Assembly: GCA_015485715.1 (NCBI GenBank)
Contig: WFTA01000003.1
Span: 1 to 43,505, forward strand
Direction: 5' to 3'
Length of the DNA stretch: 43,505 nt
Origin: Patescibacteria group bacterium
Lineage (GTDB): Bacteria; Patescibacteriota; Patescibacteriia; WFTA01; S139-112
The notes under the pieces were generated by a model. That model saw nothing but the letters and a program-made list of their open reading frames with translations, ran no database searches and was not told the origin of the DNA. This document shows, in pieces, positions 1 to 10,283 of the stretch (position 1 is the stretch's first letter; each line of letters begins with the position of its first letter). The position numbers were made by a program, and so were the translations under genes.

Positions 1-132
1 ATAGAAGTGGAAAAAGATGCTGAGATAAGACCCAAACTCTATGACTTAGCCAAGAGTAATAACTGGCGTGTATGGGAATTATATCAAAAGAAAGTAAGTT
101 TGGAGGATGTGTTTAAAGATTTAACTAATTAA
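1..132 (+). CDS. 3' end of ABC-2 transporter ATP-binding subunit (GldA-like), truncated by window start
   Basis: Frame 1 reads IEVEKDAEIRPKLYDLAKSNNWRVWELYQKKVSLEDVFKDLTN* (stop 130-132). SLEDVF is the typical ABC-2 ATPase C-terminus, and the ORF ends 4 nt before a GldF-like gene. Confidence 0.75.
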   Translation: MEVEKDAEIRPKLYDLAKSNNWRVWELYQKKVSLEDVFKDLTN

Positions 133-136
133 GCCT

Positions 137-2341
137 ATGTGGAATATTATTAAAAGAGAGATAAAGTCGTTTTTTGATTCACCTGTCGCCTATATTCTTA
201 TTATTGTATTTTTAGTTATTGGTAGTTTCTTTTATTTCAGAATAGCCTATATACAGGGATTTGCAGATCTAAGGCCTTTGTTTGATATATTGCCGTGGAT
301 TTTACTCTTTTTTGTACCTGCTGTAAGTATGAAAATGCTGGCAGAAGAAAAAAGAAACAGCACATTGGATCTTCTTTTATCACAGCCTGTAAAAAGAATT
401 TATGTCTTGATCGGCAAATGGCTTTCTGTTGTTGTGTTTACATCATTTTCATTGGCTTTGACTGTATTTATACCCCTTACTTTGTCTGCAGCAGGCAAGT
501 TTGACTGGGGACAGATAGCAGCCCAATACATTGGAGCTGTATTTTTTATCTTGGCTTTTGCAGGACTTGGAATTTGGTCATCATCGCTTACCAAAAGTCA
601 GATAGCTTCATTTATCCTGTCTTTATTTGTCGGGTTTTTCTTTATTATGTCAGGAGTTGAGATTGTAATAGTAGAGACCAAGGGGATAGTGAGAGAAATT
701 TTCTCTCAGCTGTCTATACTTGTGCATTATCAGAATATGATCAGGGGGAGTATAGATCTGCGTGATATAATCTATTTTATATCTTTTGCAGGACTTTTCT
801 TAATCCTTGCTTATTTACAAATTTATAAGCTAAAGGCAAGCAGAAAGAGCAGAGATTACAGATTGCTCAAGACTGCTGCAGTTATTTTGATCGTAATATT
901 GGTTGTGATAAATCTTTTGGGAAGATTTATACCGGGAAGGATTGATCTGACCAGAGAAAAGCTTTTTAGCCTGTCTCCTGCTACAGAGAAAATAATTAAA
1001 AATATTGACGATATAGTTACTATTAAGTTGTTTATATCTTCTGATCTTCCTCCGCAGGTTCTGGTTGTAAAAAGAGATGTTCTGGATATTTTAAATGATT
1101 TAGACAGACTTTCAGACAATCTCCAAATCGATATAGTCAACATCAAACCTGACGGAGAAGGAGAAAGTGAAGCGCGGGATTTTGGCATCAGCCCTGTTCA
1201 GTTTAACATTATGAAAAATCAGCAATTTACTCTTCAAAGAGGATATTTTGGTCTGGCAGTGGTTTATGCTGATAAGAAAGAGGTTATACCATATATAGGA
1301 GATACTAGTAATTTGGAGTATCAGGTTGTAAGGATGATATACAGACTAACAAATAATGATAAAAAGTCAGTAGGCATATTGAGTGGTCAGGGTGAGAAAG
1401 ATATATCTCAAATCAGTATATTCAGACAGGAGCTGTCAAAAGAATATGATATTAAAGAAATAGATATTCCTGAAGATAATTCTGATTTTGATATAGAAGC
1501 AGATGTTTTGGCTGTCATAGGTCCGTCTGATAGTTTTTCAGATAATCAAAAAGAGATAATCAAAAAGTTTATTGAAGAGGGAGGATCTGTATTCTTAGCC
1601 GCCGATGGTGTAAATGTTGATGAGCAGTTTTTAACAGCTGCGCCTACTGGTTCAAATTATAATGATATAATATCAGATTATGGATTGAAGATAATGCCAA
1701 ATTTGGTTTATGATTTAAGGTCAAATGAGAGTATATCGTTTGGAGGAGGGCCCCTAACTTATATTCTGCCGTATCCTTTTTGGGTAAGGGCTCAGGTGGT
1801 AGATACCAAACTTGTTTCAGCAAATATACCTGCTGTTTTGCTTCTTTGGCCAAGTAGTATTCAGATAGAAGAGAAAGACAATGTAGAGATAACTCCGCTT
1901 CTTTCTACCACACAATTCGGAGGTCTGCAGGAGGGATTTTTCAATATAGCGCCTAATGCGGATTTTGGAGACAATACCAATATTTATATTCTATCTGCAG
2001 CGGCTCTTGTAAAAAATCAGAATAGTGAGCAGGCAGGCAGGGTGGTTGTGGTAGGTGATTCAGATTTTATTGACAATAGGATGTTTAGAGGAAGTTCAAG
2101 TCCCAATCTTATTTTTGCTCTTAACAGCATAGACTGGCTGGCTCAAAATATTGATTTGGTCAATATCAGGTCAAAAAGCAGAGTTCCTCAGCCGCTGGTA
2201 TTTGAAAAGAGCTGGCAGCAGGCAGCTGCAAGGTATATCAATCTTATAGGTATCCCTGCTTTGGTTGCTGTATGGGGTTTGTGGTGGATATGGAGAAGGA
2301 AAAGACTTTCTAAGCTGCCTTTTTCAGAAGATAAAATATAG
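137..2341 (+). CDS. GldF-GldG fusion: ABC-2 permease plus ABC auxiliary (GldG/IFT52-like) domain
   Basis: N-terminal KREIKSFFDSPVAY and AEEKRNSTLDLLL permease motifs; RIDLTREKLFSLSPAT and GRVVVVGDSDF GldG motifs; C-terminal TM helix. Confidence 0.9.
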   Translation: MWNIIKREIKSFFDSPVAYILIIVFLVIGSFFYFRIAYIQGFADLRPLFDILPWILLFFVPAVSMKMLAEEKRNSTLDLLLSQPVKRIYVLIGKWLSVVVFTSFSLALTVFIPLTLSAAGKFDWGQIAAQYIGAVFFILAFAGLGIWSSSLTKSQIASFILSLFVGFFFIMSGVEIVIVETKGIVREIFSQLSILVHYQNMIRGSIDLRDIIYFISFAGLFLILAYLQIYKLKASRKSRDYRLLKTAAVILIVILVVINLLGRFIPGRIDLTREKLFSLSPATEKIIKNIDDIVTIKLFISSDLPPQVLVVKRDVLDILNDLDRLSDNLQIDIVNIKPDGEGESEARDFGISPVQFNIMKNQQFTLQRGYFGLAVVYADKKEVIPYIGDTSNLEYQVVRMIYRLTNNDKKSVGILSGQGEKDISQISIFRQELSKEYDIKEIDIPEDNSDFDIEADVLAVIGPSDSFSDNQKEIIKKFIEEGGSVFLAADGVNVDEQFLTAAPTGSNYNDIISDYGLKIMPNLVYDLRSNESISFGGGPLTYILPYPFWVRAQVVDTKLVSANIPAVLLLWPSSIQIEEKDNVEITPLLSTTQFGGLQEGFFNIAPNADFGDNTNIYILSAAALVKNQNSEQAGRVVVVGDSDFIDNRMFRGSSSPNLIFALNSIDWLAQNIDLVNIRSKSRVPQPLVFEKSWQQAAARYINLIGIPALVAVWGLWWIWRRKRLSKLPFSEDKI

Positions 2342-2361
2342 GTAGAATTAAGCAGTGTATT

Positions 2362-3264
2362 ATGAATATAAGAAAGCTTTGGTATTTAAGCGGTATTTTA
2401 ATAATACTTTTGAGTGTATTCTTTTTTGTGAATTGGCAGAATGAAAAAAAGACCAGCCTTAAGCCTGCAGATTTGGGATTTAGGTTTGTATATAATAATT
2501 TTTCAGATATTGATTCTGTGTCTATTAAGCAAAATGACAGATATGTTGAAATTGTAAAAAACGAAGACAGGTTTATGGTAGATGGTTATGAGGTAGATAA
2601 GAATCAGTTGGAAAGCCTGAAGAATGTTTTTCAAAGCACTGAAATATCAGGCCCTGTCTCTAAAAATAAATCAAACCATAAAAATTTTGAAGTTGATCAA
2701 AACGGTGTTTATGTAGATATAAAGATAAAAGACAGGGTTTTGTCTTATGTTATAGGAAAAACAGCTTTTAGCTTTACAAAATCGTATGTAAGAAAAGCAG
2801 ATGAGGATAATGTTTATATAGCTTCATCAAATCTCCGCAATATATTTTCACCTGATAAAGAAGCGTGGATAGATAAGGAGATTATAGATCTGTCCAAACT
2901 GGATTACAACAGACTTGAATTTGTATCTGATGAGTTTAATTATACCATAGAGAAATTAGATGAAGGATTTAAAGTTTTGCAGGGAGAAAAGGCTACCACT
3001 ACATCTGCAGGTGTGATAAATAGTATTATCAATAACTTGTCGCCTCTAAGATCTTTTGGATTTGCAGACAGTAAAGATAAAGAAAACGCAGAAGATATAA
3101 AATCAATTATAAATGTTTATTTGGGTGATAAAAGTATAGAGCTTGTGTTTACTAAAAGCCAAGACACTTATCTGGTGAATAAACAAGATACAGATCTAAC
3201 CTATACAATACCTGTTTATAAATATAATTCCATTTTTACAGATATAGAAGAAGTTTTTAATTGA
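2362..3264 (+). CDS. DUF4340-like membrane-anchored protein of the Gld-type ABC operon
   Basis: N-terminal TM helix, IGK...YVRKADEDNVY motif and position after gldG-like gene. Confidence 0.75.
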   Translation: MNIRKLWYLSGILIILLSVFFFVNWQNEKKTSLKPADLGFRFVYNNFSDIDSVSIKQNDRYVEIVKNEDRFMVDGYEVDKNQLESLKNVFQSTEISGPVSKNKSNHKNFEVDQNGVYVDIKIKDRVLSYVIGKTAFSFTKSYVRKADEDNVYIASSNLRNIFSPDKEAWIDKEIIDLSKLDYNRLEFVSDEFNYTIEKLDEGFKVLQGEKATTTSAGVINSIINNLSPLRSFGFADSKDKENAEDIKSIINVYLGDKSIELVFTKSQDTYLVNKQDTDLTYTIPVYKYNSIFTDIEEVFN

Positions 3265-3562
3265 TTTTATCTCATGTCCTCTCATTGAAATAAGAGTTTA
3301 AATGTGAAGGATTATTTAGAAATTAAAATTTTGAATTTAGTTTTTAGAATTTCGTATTTCTGATTTTAAAATATTACTATTTGGTGCTTGGTGTTTATCA
3401 GGTAAATTAGGAATCAGAGAAGTTGGGTTAATTTGTATATGGTATTTGGAATTATTTATTATTGATAATTAAATCATTGGAAAGTTAAGGAATTGATTGA
3501 AAATTTTACCCCGCCTGCCCTATCGTATGATTGGAGTTGGATTACTGGGAACCATTGCTCCT

Positions 3563-3665
3563 GGATTCCCGATCAAGTCGGGAATGACAAAGAAAAGAAG
3601 GTGTCATTCCCCTGCTCCTGTCTTGACTCTCTCCTTGTCATTCCCCTGCTTGACAGGGGAATCCA
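3563..3665. repeat. Pair of inverted REP/dRS3-like palindromes
   Basis: GGATTCCCGATCAAGTCGGGAATGACA (3563-3589) and TGTCATTCCCCTGCTTGACAGGGGAATCCA (3636-3665), with a partial copy from 3602. Confidence 0.8.
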
Positions 3666-3717
3666 CTTTCTGGATTTTCTGCTGGAGTTTACCTAACTCC
3701 TTATATGGGCTGGTCTG

Positions 3718-3882
3718 AGATATATTGCTTTAAATCAAATTATATACCCATTGGCTTTATAGCAAGATTTACCTCAAAAAGTGAAGCTGGGCAAGTCGAC
3801 CAATGTACAGTGTCAAAGCCAAGACTATCATTATTGTTATTTTGGATTTGGGACGTGGGATTTTATTTGACATTTGGATTTT
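3718..3882 (-). repeat. 165-bp dispersed repeat, copy 1
   Basis: Reverse complement matches 13957-14121 with 3 mismatches by manual alignment. Confidence 0.95.
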
Positions 3883-4024
3883 ATCATTTGACATTTATTA
3901 AATTGGGTTATTGGGAAATTGTTTGAAAATTTATCCCGTCGTATGACTGGGGTTGGTAAATTCGTAAATTGGATAATTTGTTGTTATTATTTAGTGTTTA
4001 GAATTTCGAATTTAGTATTTCTAA

Positions 4025-4498
4025 TTAAGTATATCTATCTGCTATAGAAGTTGCAGCCCAAGATAATGGTTTGTATGTAGCTTCAAATCCATACCCTTTA
4101 ACAATACCCATAACCTCGTTGATTATCTCTTTGGTAGGTCCGTTTTTGCCAATATCCAGATGAATGGTCAGTTGAAAATTTGATATTTGTCTGTAGTCTA
4201 GACTTTCCAGCAATTTTTGAGCAATTTCAACAGACAGAAGAGTCTCCTGATATATTCTTTCTCTTAGTGTTATGGATGTTTTGATTAAATGTTTGCGGGT
4301 ATAGAAAAATATTCCTCCATATCCTACTCTATGGACAGCAATAGCTGTAACATATTCTATATGATGTTTAACTGAAGAGTCTGTACCTATAAAGACAGCA
4401 TATTTTTTATCTTTTTCAGAAGATATATAATCTATGATATGATTAACCATATCACTGAAGTCTAGAGCTCCTTTTGTTGGAGATATAAATTTATCCAT
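4025..4498 (-). CDS. RNase H-like YkuK/DUF458 family protein
   Basis: IGTDS, LRERIYQETLLS, IHLDIGKNGPT and AATSIADRYT motifs. Start moved to the ATG at 4498 (MDKFISPTKG). Confidence 0.9.
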   Translation of the reverse strand: MDKFISPTKGALDFSDMVNHIIDYISSEKDKKYAVFIGTDSSVKHHIEYVTAIAVHRVGYGGIFFYTRKHLIKTSITLRERIYQETLLSVEIAQKLLESLDYRQISNFQLTIHLDIGKNGPTKEIINEVMGIVKGYGFEATYKPLSWAATSIADRYT

Positions 4499-4551
4499 AT
4501 TTGTAAATAATTTACTGGCAAGTTTGATATGTTTATTGTAATATAATTTGT

Positions 4552-5670
4552 ATGAAAGCACAAGAAATAAAATACATCTGTTTTGATTTTTTGTACAGGA
4601 TATTGAGGTTTTTTCTTTTTAAATTCAATCCTGAAGATGTGCATAATCGTGTTTTAAAGGCAGGAGCTTCTGTTGCCAGACATTCTTTACTGAGCAGATA
4701 TGCAGAGAAGGCCGTGGTTTATAGAGATAGTGTTTTGTCTCAGAATATTTGCGGAATTAGGTTTGAGAATCCTCTTGGTCTGGCAGCAGGTTTTGATAAA
4801 AATGCCAATCTATGTGATGCTGTAAGATTATGTGGTTTTGGATTTGCGGAAATAGGGTCTGTAACAGGAGAAAAGTGTGTCGGTAATCCAAGACCCAGAT
4901 TATGGAGACTGCCTAAAAGCAGATCTATATGTGTGTGGTATGGTCTTGTCAATGATGGTGCAGAAGCTGTATCAGACAGGCTTAGAGGCAGAGAGTTTAA
5001 AATCCCTCTTGGGATAAGTATAGCCAAGACCAATTCACCTGAAACAGTGGATATAATAAAGGGAGCTGAAGACTATATCAAAGCGTATAAGGCGTTTTAT
5101 GGAATTGGAGATTATTTAACTCTTAATATAAGCTGTCCTAACACTTATGGAGGGGAGCCGTTCATGAGAAAAGAGTATTTTAAGTATTTGATGGAAGAGA
5201 TATCCAAGCTTCAGAAAGACAAACCAATTTTTGTAAAAATATCACCTGATTTAAACTATACAGAGACAGATGATATTATAGATATTTGTTTGCAGTATTG
5301 CGTGGATGGTATTATTATATCAAATCTTACCAAAGACAGAAAAGGTCTTGATATAAAAGACGGTTATGTACCTGAGAAAGGCGGCTTGTCAGGCAAACTT
5401 GTAGAGGAGCGTGCAAACAGACTGATAGGATATGTTTACAAGAAAGCCGGCAGGAAACTCGTTATTATAGGCTGTGGAGGTATTTTTACAGGCAGAGATG
5501 CCTACCGTAAGATCAAATTAGGCGCAAGTTTGCTACAGATGGTAACAGGTTTAATTTATAACGGTCCTCATACACCTGCTAAAATAAACTATGAGCTTTC
5601 TCTGCTTTTGAAAAGGGACAGATATACTCATATTTCGCAGGCTATAGGAAGCGATTTATCTGTTGATTAG
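4552..5670 (+). CDS. pyrD: Dihydroorotate dehydrogenase, class 2 (quinone-type) scaffold
   Basis: N-terminal helical extension, GLAAGFDKN, GNPRPRLWRL, NISCPN, VKISPD, GGLSG, IIGCGGI. Confidence 0.92.
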   Translation: MKAQEIKYICFDFLYRILRFFLFKFNPEDVHNRVLKAGASVARHSLLSRYAEKAVVYRDSVLSQNICGIRFENPLGLAAGFDKNANLCDAVRLCGFGFAEIGSVTGEKCVGNPRPRLWRLPKSRSICVWYGLVNDGAEAVSDRLRGREFKIPLGISIAKTNSPETVDIIKGAEDYIKAYKAFYGIGDYLTLNISCPNTYGGEPFMRKEYFKYLMEEISKLQKDKPIFVKISPDLNYTETDDIIDICLQYCVDGIIISNLTKDRKGLDIKDGYVPEKGGLSGKLVEERANRLIGYVYKKAGRKLVIIGCGGIFTGRDAYRKIKLGASLLQMVTGLIYNGPHTPAKINYELSLLLKRDRYTHISQAIGSDLSVD

Positions 5671-6444
5671 TTTTGAATTGATAATATCTCTGAAGATTTC
5701 ATAAGGTATGGCACCTGATATTTTTTCCCCGTTTATAAAGAATGTAGGAGTACCTTCAGCTCCGTGTTTTACAGCTGTTTGGAAGTCATCCATAACCTCG
5801 TTTCTGTATTTTTCTGTATCCAGACAGCGCTTGAACCTGTTGACATTAAGCCCTACATCTCTGGCATATTTTATGAGGGCAGATCTTGATAAGTCTTCCT
5901 GATTGATAAACATCATATCATGCATCTCCCAGAATTTGCCCTGCTCTCTGGCGCATTCTCCTGCCATAGCGGCATTTATGGCATCAGGATGGATGTCATA
6001 TAAAGGGAAATCTCTCCAGATAAAGAGAACCCTGTCTTCAAATTCAGACTGGATTTTTTTTACAATAGGATACATTTGTCTGGTGAAAGGACATTGAAAA
6101 TCTCCAAATTGCACTACTACAACTTTTGCATCTTTAATACCAAATGTAGGATCTGATAGCGTTTCTATCTCTTTTCTTAGTTCAGGTATGCTTTTATTTC
6201 CTTCCCTGCCTATATCTTTGGCAAGCTGGGAGGATAGTTTGGATTGCTGATTTGCAAAATCCAATCCCCCTTCCTGTATATCAGATATATAAGTATTAAT
6301 TCTGGATACAAATTCAACAGCAAAGGCAAACAAAAGAATAAATATGATGACTGTAAATACTATTAATAGCTTTTTCCAGAGAGGTTTTTTAGGCTTTACT
6401 TCAGGAATATATTCTTCATAATTGTTGAAGAAGTCTTCTTTCAT
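5656..6444 (-). CDS. Membrane-anchored DsbA/Com1-like thioredoxin-fold protein with CPFT active site
   Basis: TM helix; FGDFQCPFT; WRDFPL..IHPDAINAA; GTPTFFING. Confidence 0.9.
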   Translation of the reverse strand: MKEDFFNNYEEYIPEVKPKKPLWKKLLIVFTVIIFILLFAFAVEFVSRINTYISDIQEGGLDFANQQSKLSSQLAKDIGREGNKSIPELRKEIETLSDPTFGIKDAKVVVVQFGDFQCPFTRQMYPIVKKIQSEFEDRVLFIWRDFPLYDIHPDAINAAMAGECAREQGKFWEMHDMMFINQEDLSRSALIKYARDVGLNVNRFKRCLDTEKYRNEVMDDFQTAVKHGAEGTPTFFINGEKISGAIPYEIFRDIINSKLINR

Positions 6445-6574
6445 ATACTATATTATGTCATTTTTGTGTGTAAATTTCAATAGTTGATTAAATATTAAAT
6501 AAAATATAAGATGTGTGCATGCTCAGTTAATATATGAATGTATTTGAAGATAAAAATTTTAGTATTGGGAATTT

Positions 6575-7489
6575 ATGAGGTGTTTAGAGAATAAAGAGAA
6601 AGATAGAAACAACGTATTTGACAAGATAAGACAAGAGGTGCTGGCTGTACTGGAGGATGAATACCAAAGATGGAATAAAGAGAATAAATATAATTATCTC
6701 CCTTTTCACAACAAACTTCATACTGTAAGAGTTGAAAGGAGAGCAGTACAGATTGCTAAGTGTATAGGATATGAAGATATTGAACTTGTGCGGTTATGCG
6801 CTTTGTTTCACGATATAGTTCAAGATTATGAGGTAAAGCAATGTGGAATGTTTTTAAAAAGAAGCAGAAAAACAGGATATAATGAAGAAGAAAGTTTTAA
6901 TATTTTTATAGAATATATTAAACAGTATTATGGTGAGTATTCTGATAAGATAGATAAAATAAAATCAGCATTTTTGGCGACTATTCCTTCTTTTGAACAA
7001 GGTCATGTTTTGCAGAAAAATTTAACACCTAAAAGCCCTCTCCTTGCGCGTATACTTGCTATGGCTGATTTGGGATCTGCAGGTATGGAAAGTGCAGAAG
7101 TATTTTTTAGTGAAGGATGTGCTCTTTTTAGAGAGGAGTACTTGGATTTGTATGGTGCAGATATAGATGGTTTTGATGATGAATTTATCAGAGCTATGAT
7201 CGGCAGTATGCACAACTGGCTTAAAGGACAGATCAGCTTTATCAACTCCAGAAAAGAAATTTTTGAAGAAGATATAAAGATATTTGATTACGTAATAAAA
7301 GGTGAACTTACAAAGCTTTTTAGCAACTTTGATGCCAACTTAGAGTATATATCTGGCAAGAAAAAAGAATTTGAAAGTTTAATTGGCAATTACCAGAATC
7401 AGACAAGGAGAGATTTAAAAAATACTTTTGAGCAAGCATTAAAATTTTTTGGGTATAGGGTATTGGAAGGATATATAGTATCCTTTTAA
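6575..7489 (+). CDS. HD-domain metal-dependent phosphohydrolase (PDEase-like)
   Basis: FHNKLH, LFHD and MADL metal-binding motifs. Confidence 0.75.
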   Translation: MRCLENKEKDRNNVFDKIRQEVLAVLEDEYQRWNKENKYNYLPFHNKLHTVRVERRAVQIAKCIGYEDIELVRLCALFHDIVQDYEVKQCGMFLKRSRKTGYNEEESFNIFIEYIKQYYGEYSDKIDKIKSAFLATIPSFEQGHVLQKNLTPKSPLLARILAMADLGSAGMESAEVFFSEGCALFREEYLDLYGADIDGFDDEFIRAMIGSMHNWLKGQISFINSRKEIFEEDIKIFDYVIKGELTKLFSNFDANLEYISGKKKEFESLIGNYQNQTRRDLKNTFEQALKFFGYRVLEGYIVSF

Positions 7490-7513
7490 TAAGAGATGAT
7501 CTGGTGTGGATAT

Positions 7514-7542
7514 TTGACAAATGCAGGTATTTGTTTTAAATT
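7514..7542 (+). promoter_or_regulatory. Sigma70-type promoter of rplY
   Basis: TTGACA-17 nt-TAAATT. Confidence 0.55.
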
Positions 7543-7591
7543 ATTATAGACAGATTCTGTTGTTTTCTTATTTATAATTAATAAATTTGAT

Positions 7592-8269
7592 ATGACAAGC
7601 AATGGAAATTTAGTTCTAAATGCAACTTTAAGAGAAATAACAGGCAGAAAAGTTGCAAATTTGAGAGCTCAAGGTTTGATTCCTGCAGTTCTTTATGGTC
7701 ATAATTTTGATAATAAAAATTTATCTGTAAATTATAAAGAGTTTGTTCATATATATGATCAGGCTGGGGAGTCAACATTGGTTGATCTAAAAGTTGATAA
7801 TGGAGAAGAGTTTAAAGTACTTATTCAAGATGTACAATTGCATCCAGTAACTGATAAAATTATTCATGTGGACCTAAGAGCTGTATCTTTGGATGAAAAA
7901 ATTGAAGCTTATATTCCACTTAAGTTTGTGGGCATATCACCGGCTGTAAAAGAGCTTGGAGGAACTCTTGTTACACCGCTTGAGGAGATACAGGTAAAGG
8001 CTCTACCGCAGAGTCTTGTGCATGAGATAGAGGTAGACATTTCTGTACTTACTGATTTCAACAGTGCTATACATATAAGGGATTTGCAGATACCGGAAGG
8101 AATTGAAGTGCTTGATGATGAAGACCTTGCTGTTGCTATTGTAGAAGCACCTGCACAAGAAGAGATAGAGGAAGAAGTATCCCCAGAAGATGCAGAAAAA
8201 GCAGCTATCAAGTCTCAGGAGCAGGCAGGAGAGGGTGCAGATAAAAAAGAAGAGGAAAAGAAAGAATAG
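7592..8269 (+). CDS. rplY: 50S ribosomal protein L25 (CTC-type, long form)
   Basis: LRAQGLIPAVLYG, QLHPVTDKIIHVD, C-terminal domain and acidic tail. Confidence 0.95.
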   Translation: MTSNGNLVLNATLREITGRKVANLRAQGLIPAVLYGHNFDNKNLSVNYKEFVHIYDQAGESTLVDLKVDNGEEFKVLIQDVQLHPVTDKIIHVDLRAVSLDEKIEAYIPLKFVGISPAVKELGGTLVTPLEEIQVKALPQSLVHEIEVDISVLTDFNSAIHIRDLQIPEGIEVLDDEDLAVAIVEAPAQEEIEEEVSPEDAEKAAIKSQEQAGEGADKKEEEKKE

Positions 8270-9160
8270 CTATATTTTAATATGTAGAACCCTGTCTCTT
8301 TCTCCTAAATCTTTAAAAATTTTAAACATTTTGACTGGCAGATATTTTTCTGCCAGTTTTTTTATTTTTTGGGCTTGGTCATAATTGTGTTCAAGGAAAA
8401 TATCAATATCAATTTTTTTATCAAGCTCTGACATTATCTGACTGAACAGTTTTGTGTAGAAGTAGAGGCCGTTATCTGGAGCAAGCAGAGCTTTTTGAGG
8501 CTCATATTTTATGTTTTGATAGTACTTTTTGTAATTTTTGTCAGACAGGTAAGGGGGATTTGAAATAATAACAACCCTGTCAAATTTCTTTCTTGATTTT
8601 GAAATGTATTTTAAGACAGGCTCTGCCATGTCTCCCTGAATAAGGCGAATTTTTGATTTTAATCTGTGATATGATATGTTTTGCTGAGCTATTTGGAGAG
8701 CTTTGTGTGATATATCTGATCCTATAAAACGCAGGTTTTTTCTTTTTTTAAGATTATGGGCAAGGGAGATGACAATACAACCTGACCCTGTTGCTACATC
8801 TGCTATTAGTATTTCTAGATCAGTGCCTATATTTTGAATGTGTCTTAGGGCAGTATCTATAAGTATTTCAGTGTCAAATCTGGGGATGAGTACATATCTA
8901 TTAACATAGAATTTTAAGTTGTAGATATAACAAAATCCTGTGATGTAGGCAAGAGGTATACCAGAGATCAGCCTTTTATGCAGTCTTTTGAAAACATCAA
9001 CCTGTTTTTTAGTCAAAGCTTTGTTGTGGTTTAGATAAAGATAGGCAGGGTTTTTATCTTCTTTCCCTATTACCCAAAGCAGAAGGAGTTCAGCATCATA
9101 AGCTTTGGGATATTTGTTGATGTGTTTTAGAAGGGTTTTAACAGTATATAGGCTTTTCAT
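8270..9160 (-). CDS. prmC: Release factor glutamine methyltransferase
   Basis: PLAYITG, VLIPRFDTE, DVATGSGC and NPPY motifs; follows prfA. Start set at ATG 9160. Confidence 0.93.
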   Translation of the reverse strand: MKSLYTVKTLLKHINKYPKAYDAELLLLWVIGKEDKNPAYLYLNHNKALTKKQVDVFKRLHKRLISGIPLAYITGFCYIYNLKFYVNRYVLIPRFDTEILIDTALRHIQNIGTDLEILIADVATGSGCIVISLAHNLKKRKNLRFIGSDISHKALQIAQQNISYHRLKSKIRLIQGDMAEPVLKYISKSRKKFDRVVIISNPPYLSDKNYKKYYQNIKYEPQKALLAPDNGLYFYTKLFSQIMSELDKKIDIDIFLEHNYDQAQKIKKLAEKYLPVKMFKIFKDLGERDRVLHIKI

Positions 9161-9161
9161 T

Positions 9162-10217
9162 TTATTTTGATAAGTTTTTTTCAAGCTCTGAAAGTATGTC
9201 ATCAAGATTGCCATCAAGAACATCTTCTATATTATGCCAGTTTTGTTTGATTCTGTGGTCTGTTATTCTGTCTTGAGGAAAATTATATGTTCTTATTTTC
9301 TCTGCTCTATCTCCCGTTCCTATCTGTGATCGTCTCATTTCAAGTTCTTCTTTTTCTCTTTTTTCCTCCTCCATCTGCAAAAGTTTTGTTTTAAGTATGC
9401 GCATGGCTTTTTCTCTGTTTTGAAGCTGTGATTTTTCGTCCTGACAAGATACCACAATTCCTGTCGGTATGTGGGTAATTCTAACAGCAGAATCTGTAGT
9501 ATTTACTGATTGGCCTCCCGGACCTGATGATCTGAAAACATCAATTTTGATGTCTTTGGGGTTAATTTCAATCTCCACATCATCTGCTACAGGAAGAACT
9601 GCCACTGTGGCAGTGGATGTATGTATCCTTCCTGATTTTTCTGTAACAGGTATTCTCTGTACCCTGTGCACTCCAGACTCATATTTAAGTATTTTGTATA
9701 CATTTCTTCCCTCTATTTCAAGTATCACCTCTTTGTATCCGCCTATTCCTATTTTATTGGCAGAAAGTATTTTGGCTTTCCATCCCTGTTTTTCAGCAAA
9801 TCTGGTATACATCCTAAGCAGGTCGCCTGCAAAAAGGGCGGCCTCGTCTCCTCCAGCCCCTGCTCTTATTTCCATAATCACATCTTTTTTGTCGCGTGGA
9901 TCCTGCGGTTTGGTCATTTCTGTAATTTTTATTTCCATATCCTCTATTTCTTTTTCAAGTTTTTCAGCTTCTTCTTTTGCCATCTTTTTCATCTCTTCAT
10001 CTCCTGTTTCTTCTATAATCTGTTTGGCCTGAGAATAATCTTCTTTTGCTTTTTCATATTTTTCTATCACTTCTATAATCTCTTTCAGGTCGTTATATTC
10101 TATATTTGCCTGTTTGTATTTTTGAGGATCTTTGACAGTCTCAGGATCTGCTATCTGCTTTTCAAGCTCCTTATATTTCTGCTTGATTTCTTGTATTTTT
10201 TTATCCAGAGTTTTCAT
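9162..10217 (-). CDS. prfA: Peptide chain release factor 1
   Basis: GGQ motif (GPGGQSVN), PVT recognition motif (RIPVTE), [11 protein letters not shown]. Confidence 0.97.
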   Translation of the reverse strand: MKTLDKKIQEIKQKYKELEKQIADPETVKDPQKYKQANIEYNDLKEIIEVIEKYEKAKEDYSQAKQIIEETGDEEMKKMAKEEAEKLEKEIEDMEIKITEMTKPQDPRDKKDVIMEIRAGAGGDEAALFAGDLLRMYTRFAEKQGWKAKILSANKIGIGGYKEVILEIEGRNVYKILKYESGVHRVQRIPVTEKSGRIHTSTATVAVLPVADDVEIEINPKDIKIDVFRSSGPGGQSVNTTDSAVRITHIPTGIVVSCQDEKSQLQNREKAMRILKTKLLQMEEEKREKEELEMRRSQIGTGDRAEKIRTYNFPQDRITDHRIKQNWHNIEDVLDGNLDDILSELEKNLSK

Positions 10218-10283
10218 ATTTTTTTGTTAATTACTTTATTAATTTAAATTAAAAATGGTTATTTGTAAAGAAAACAGATATTG

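Larger units (their letters stand above)
3330..4021. repeat. Composite intergenic repeat region (heptamer tracts, REP-like palindromes, 165-bp repeat copy, CCCGTCGTATGACTGGGG hairpin)
   Basis: Modules are shared with 10284-10505, 13899-14198 and 38870-39075; details in findings. Confidence 0.85.

Noticed and set aside
3330..4021. CRISPR array or tRNA in the long spacers
   Set aside because: No regularly spaced identical repeats with unique spacers, no cloverleaf or T-loop, and no cas genes.
3265..4024. ORFs 3493-3696, 3497-3718 and 3705-3926
   Set aside because: They are translations of repeat and palindrome DNA (e.g. WIPDQVGND) with no protein-like features.
9469..10247. Long antisense ORFs over prfA (similar ones over gyrA and the surface protein)
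   Set aside because: Shadow frames of well-supported genes.
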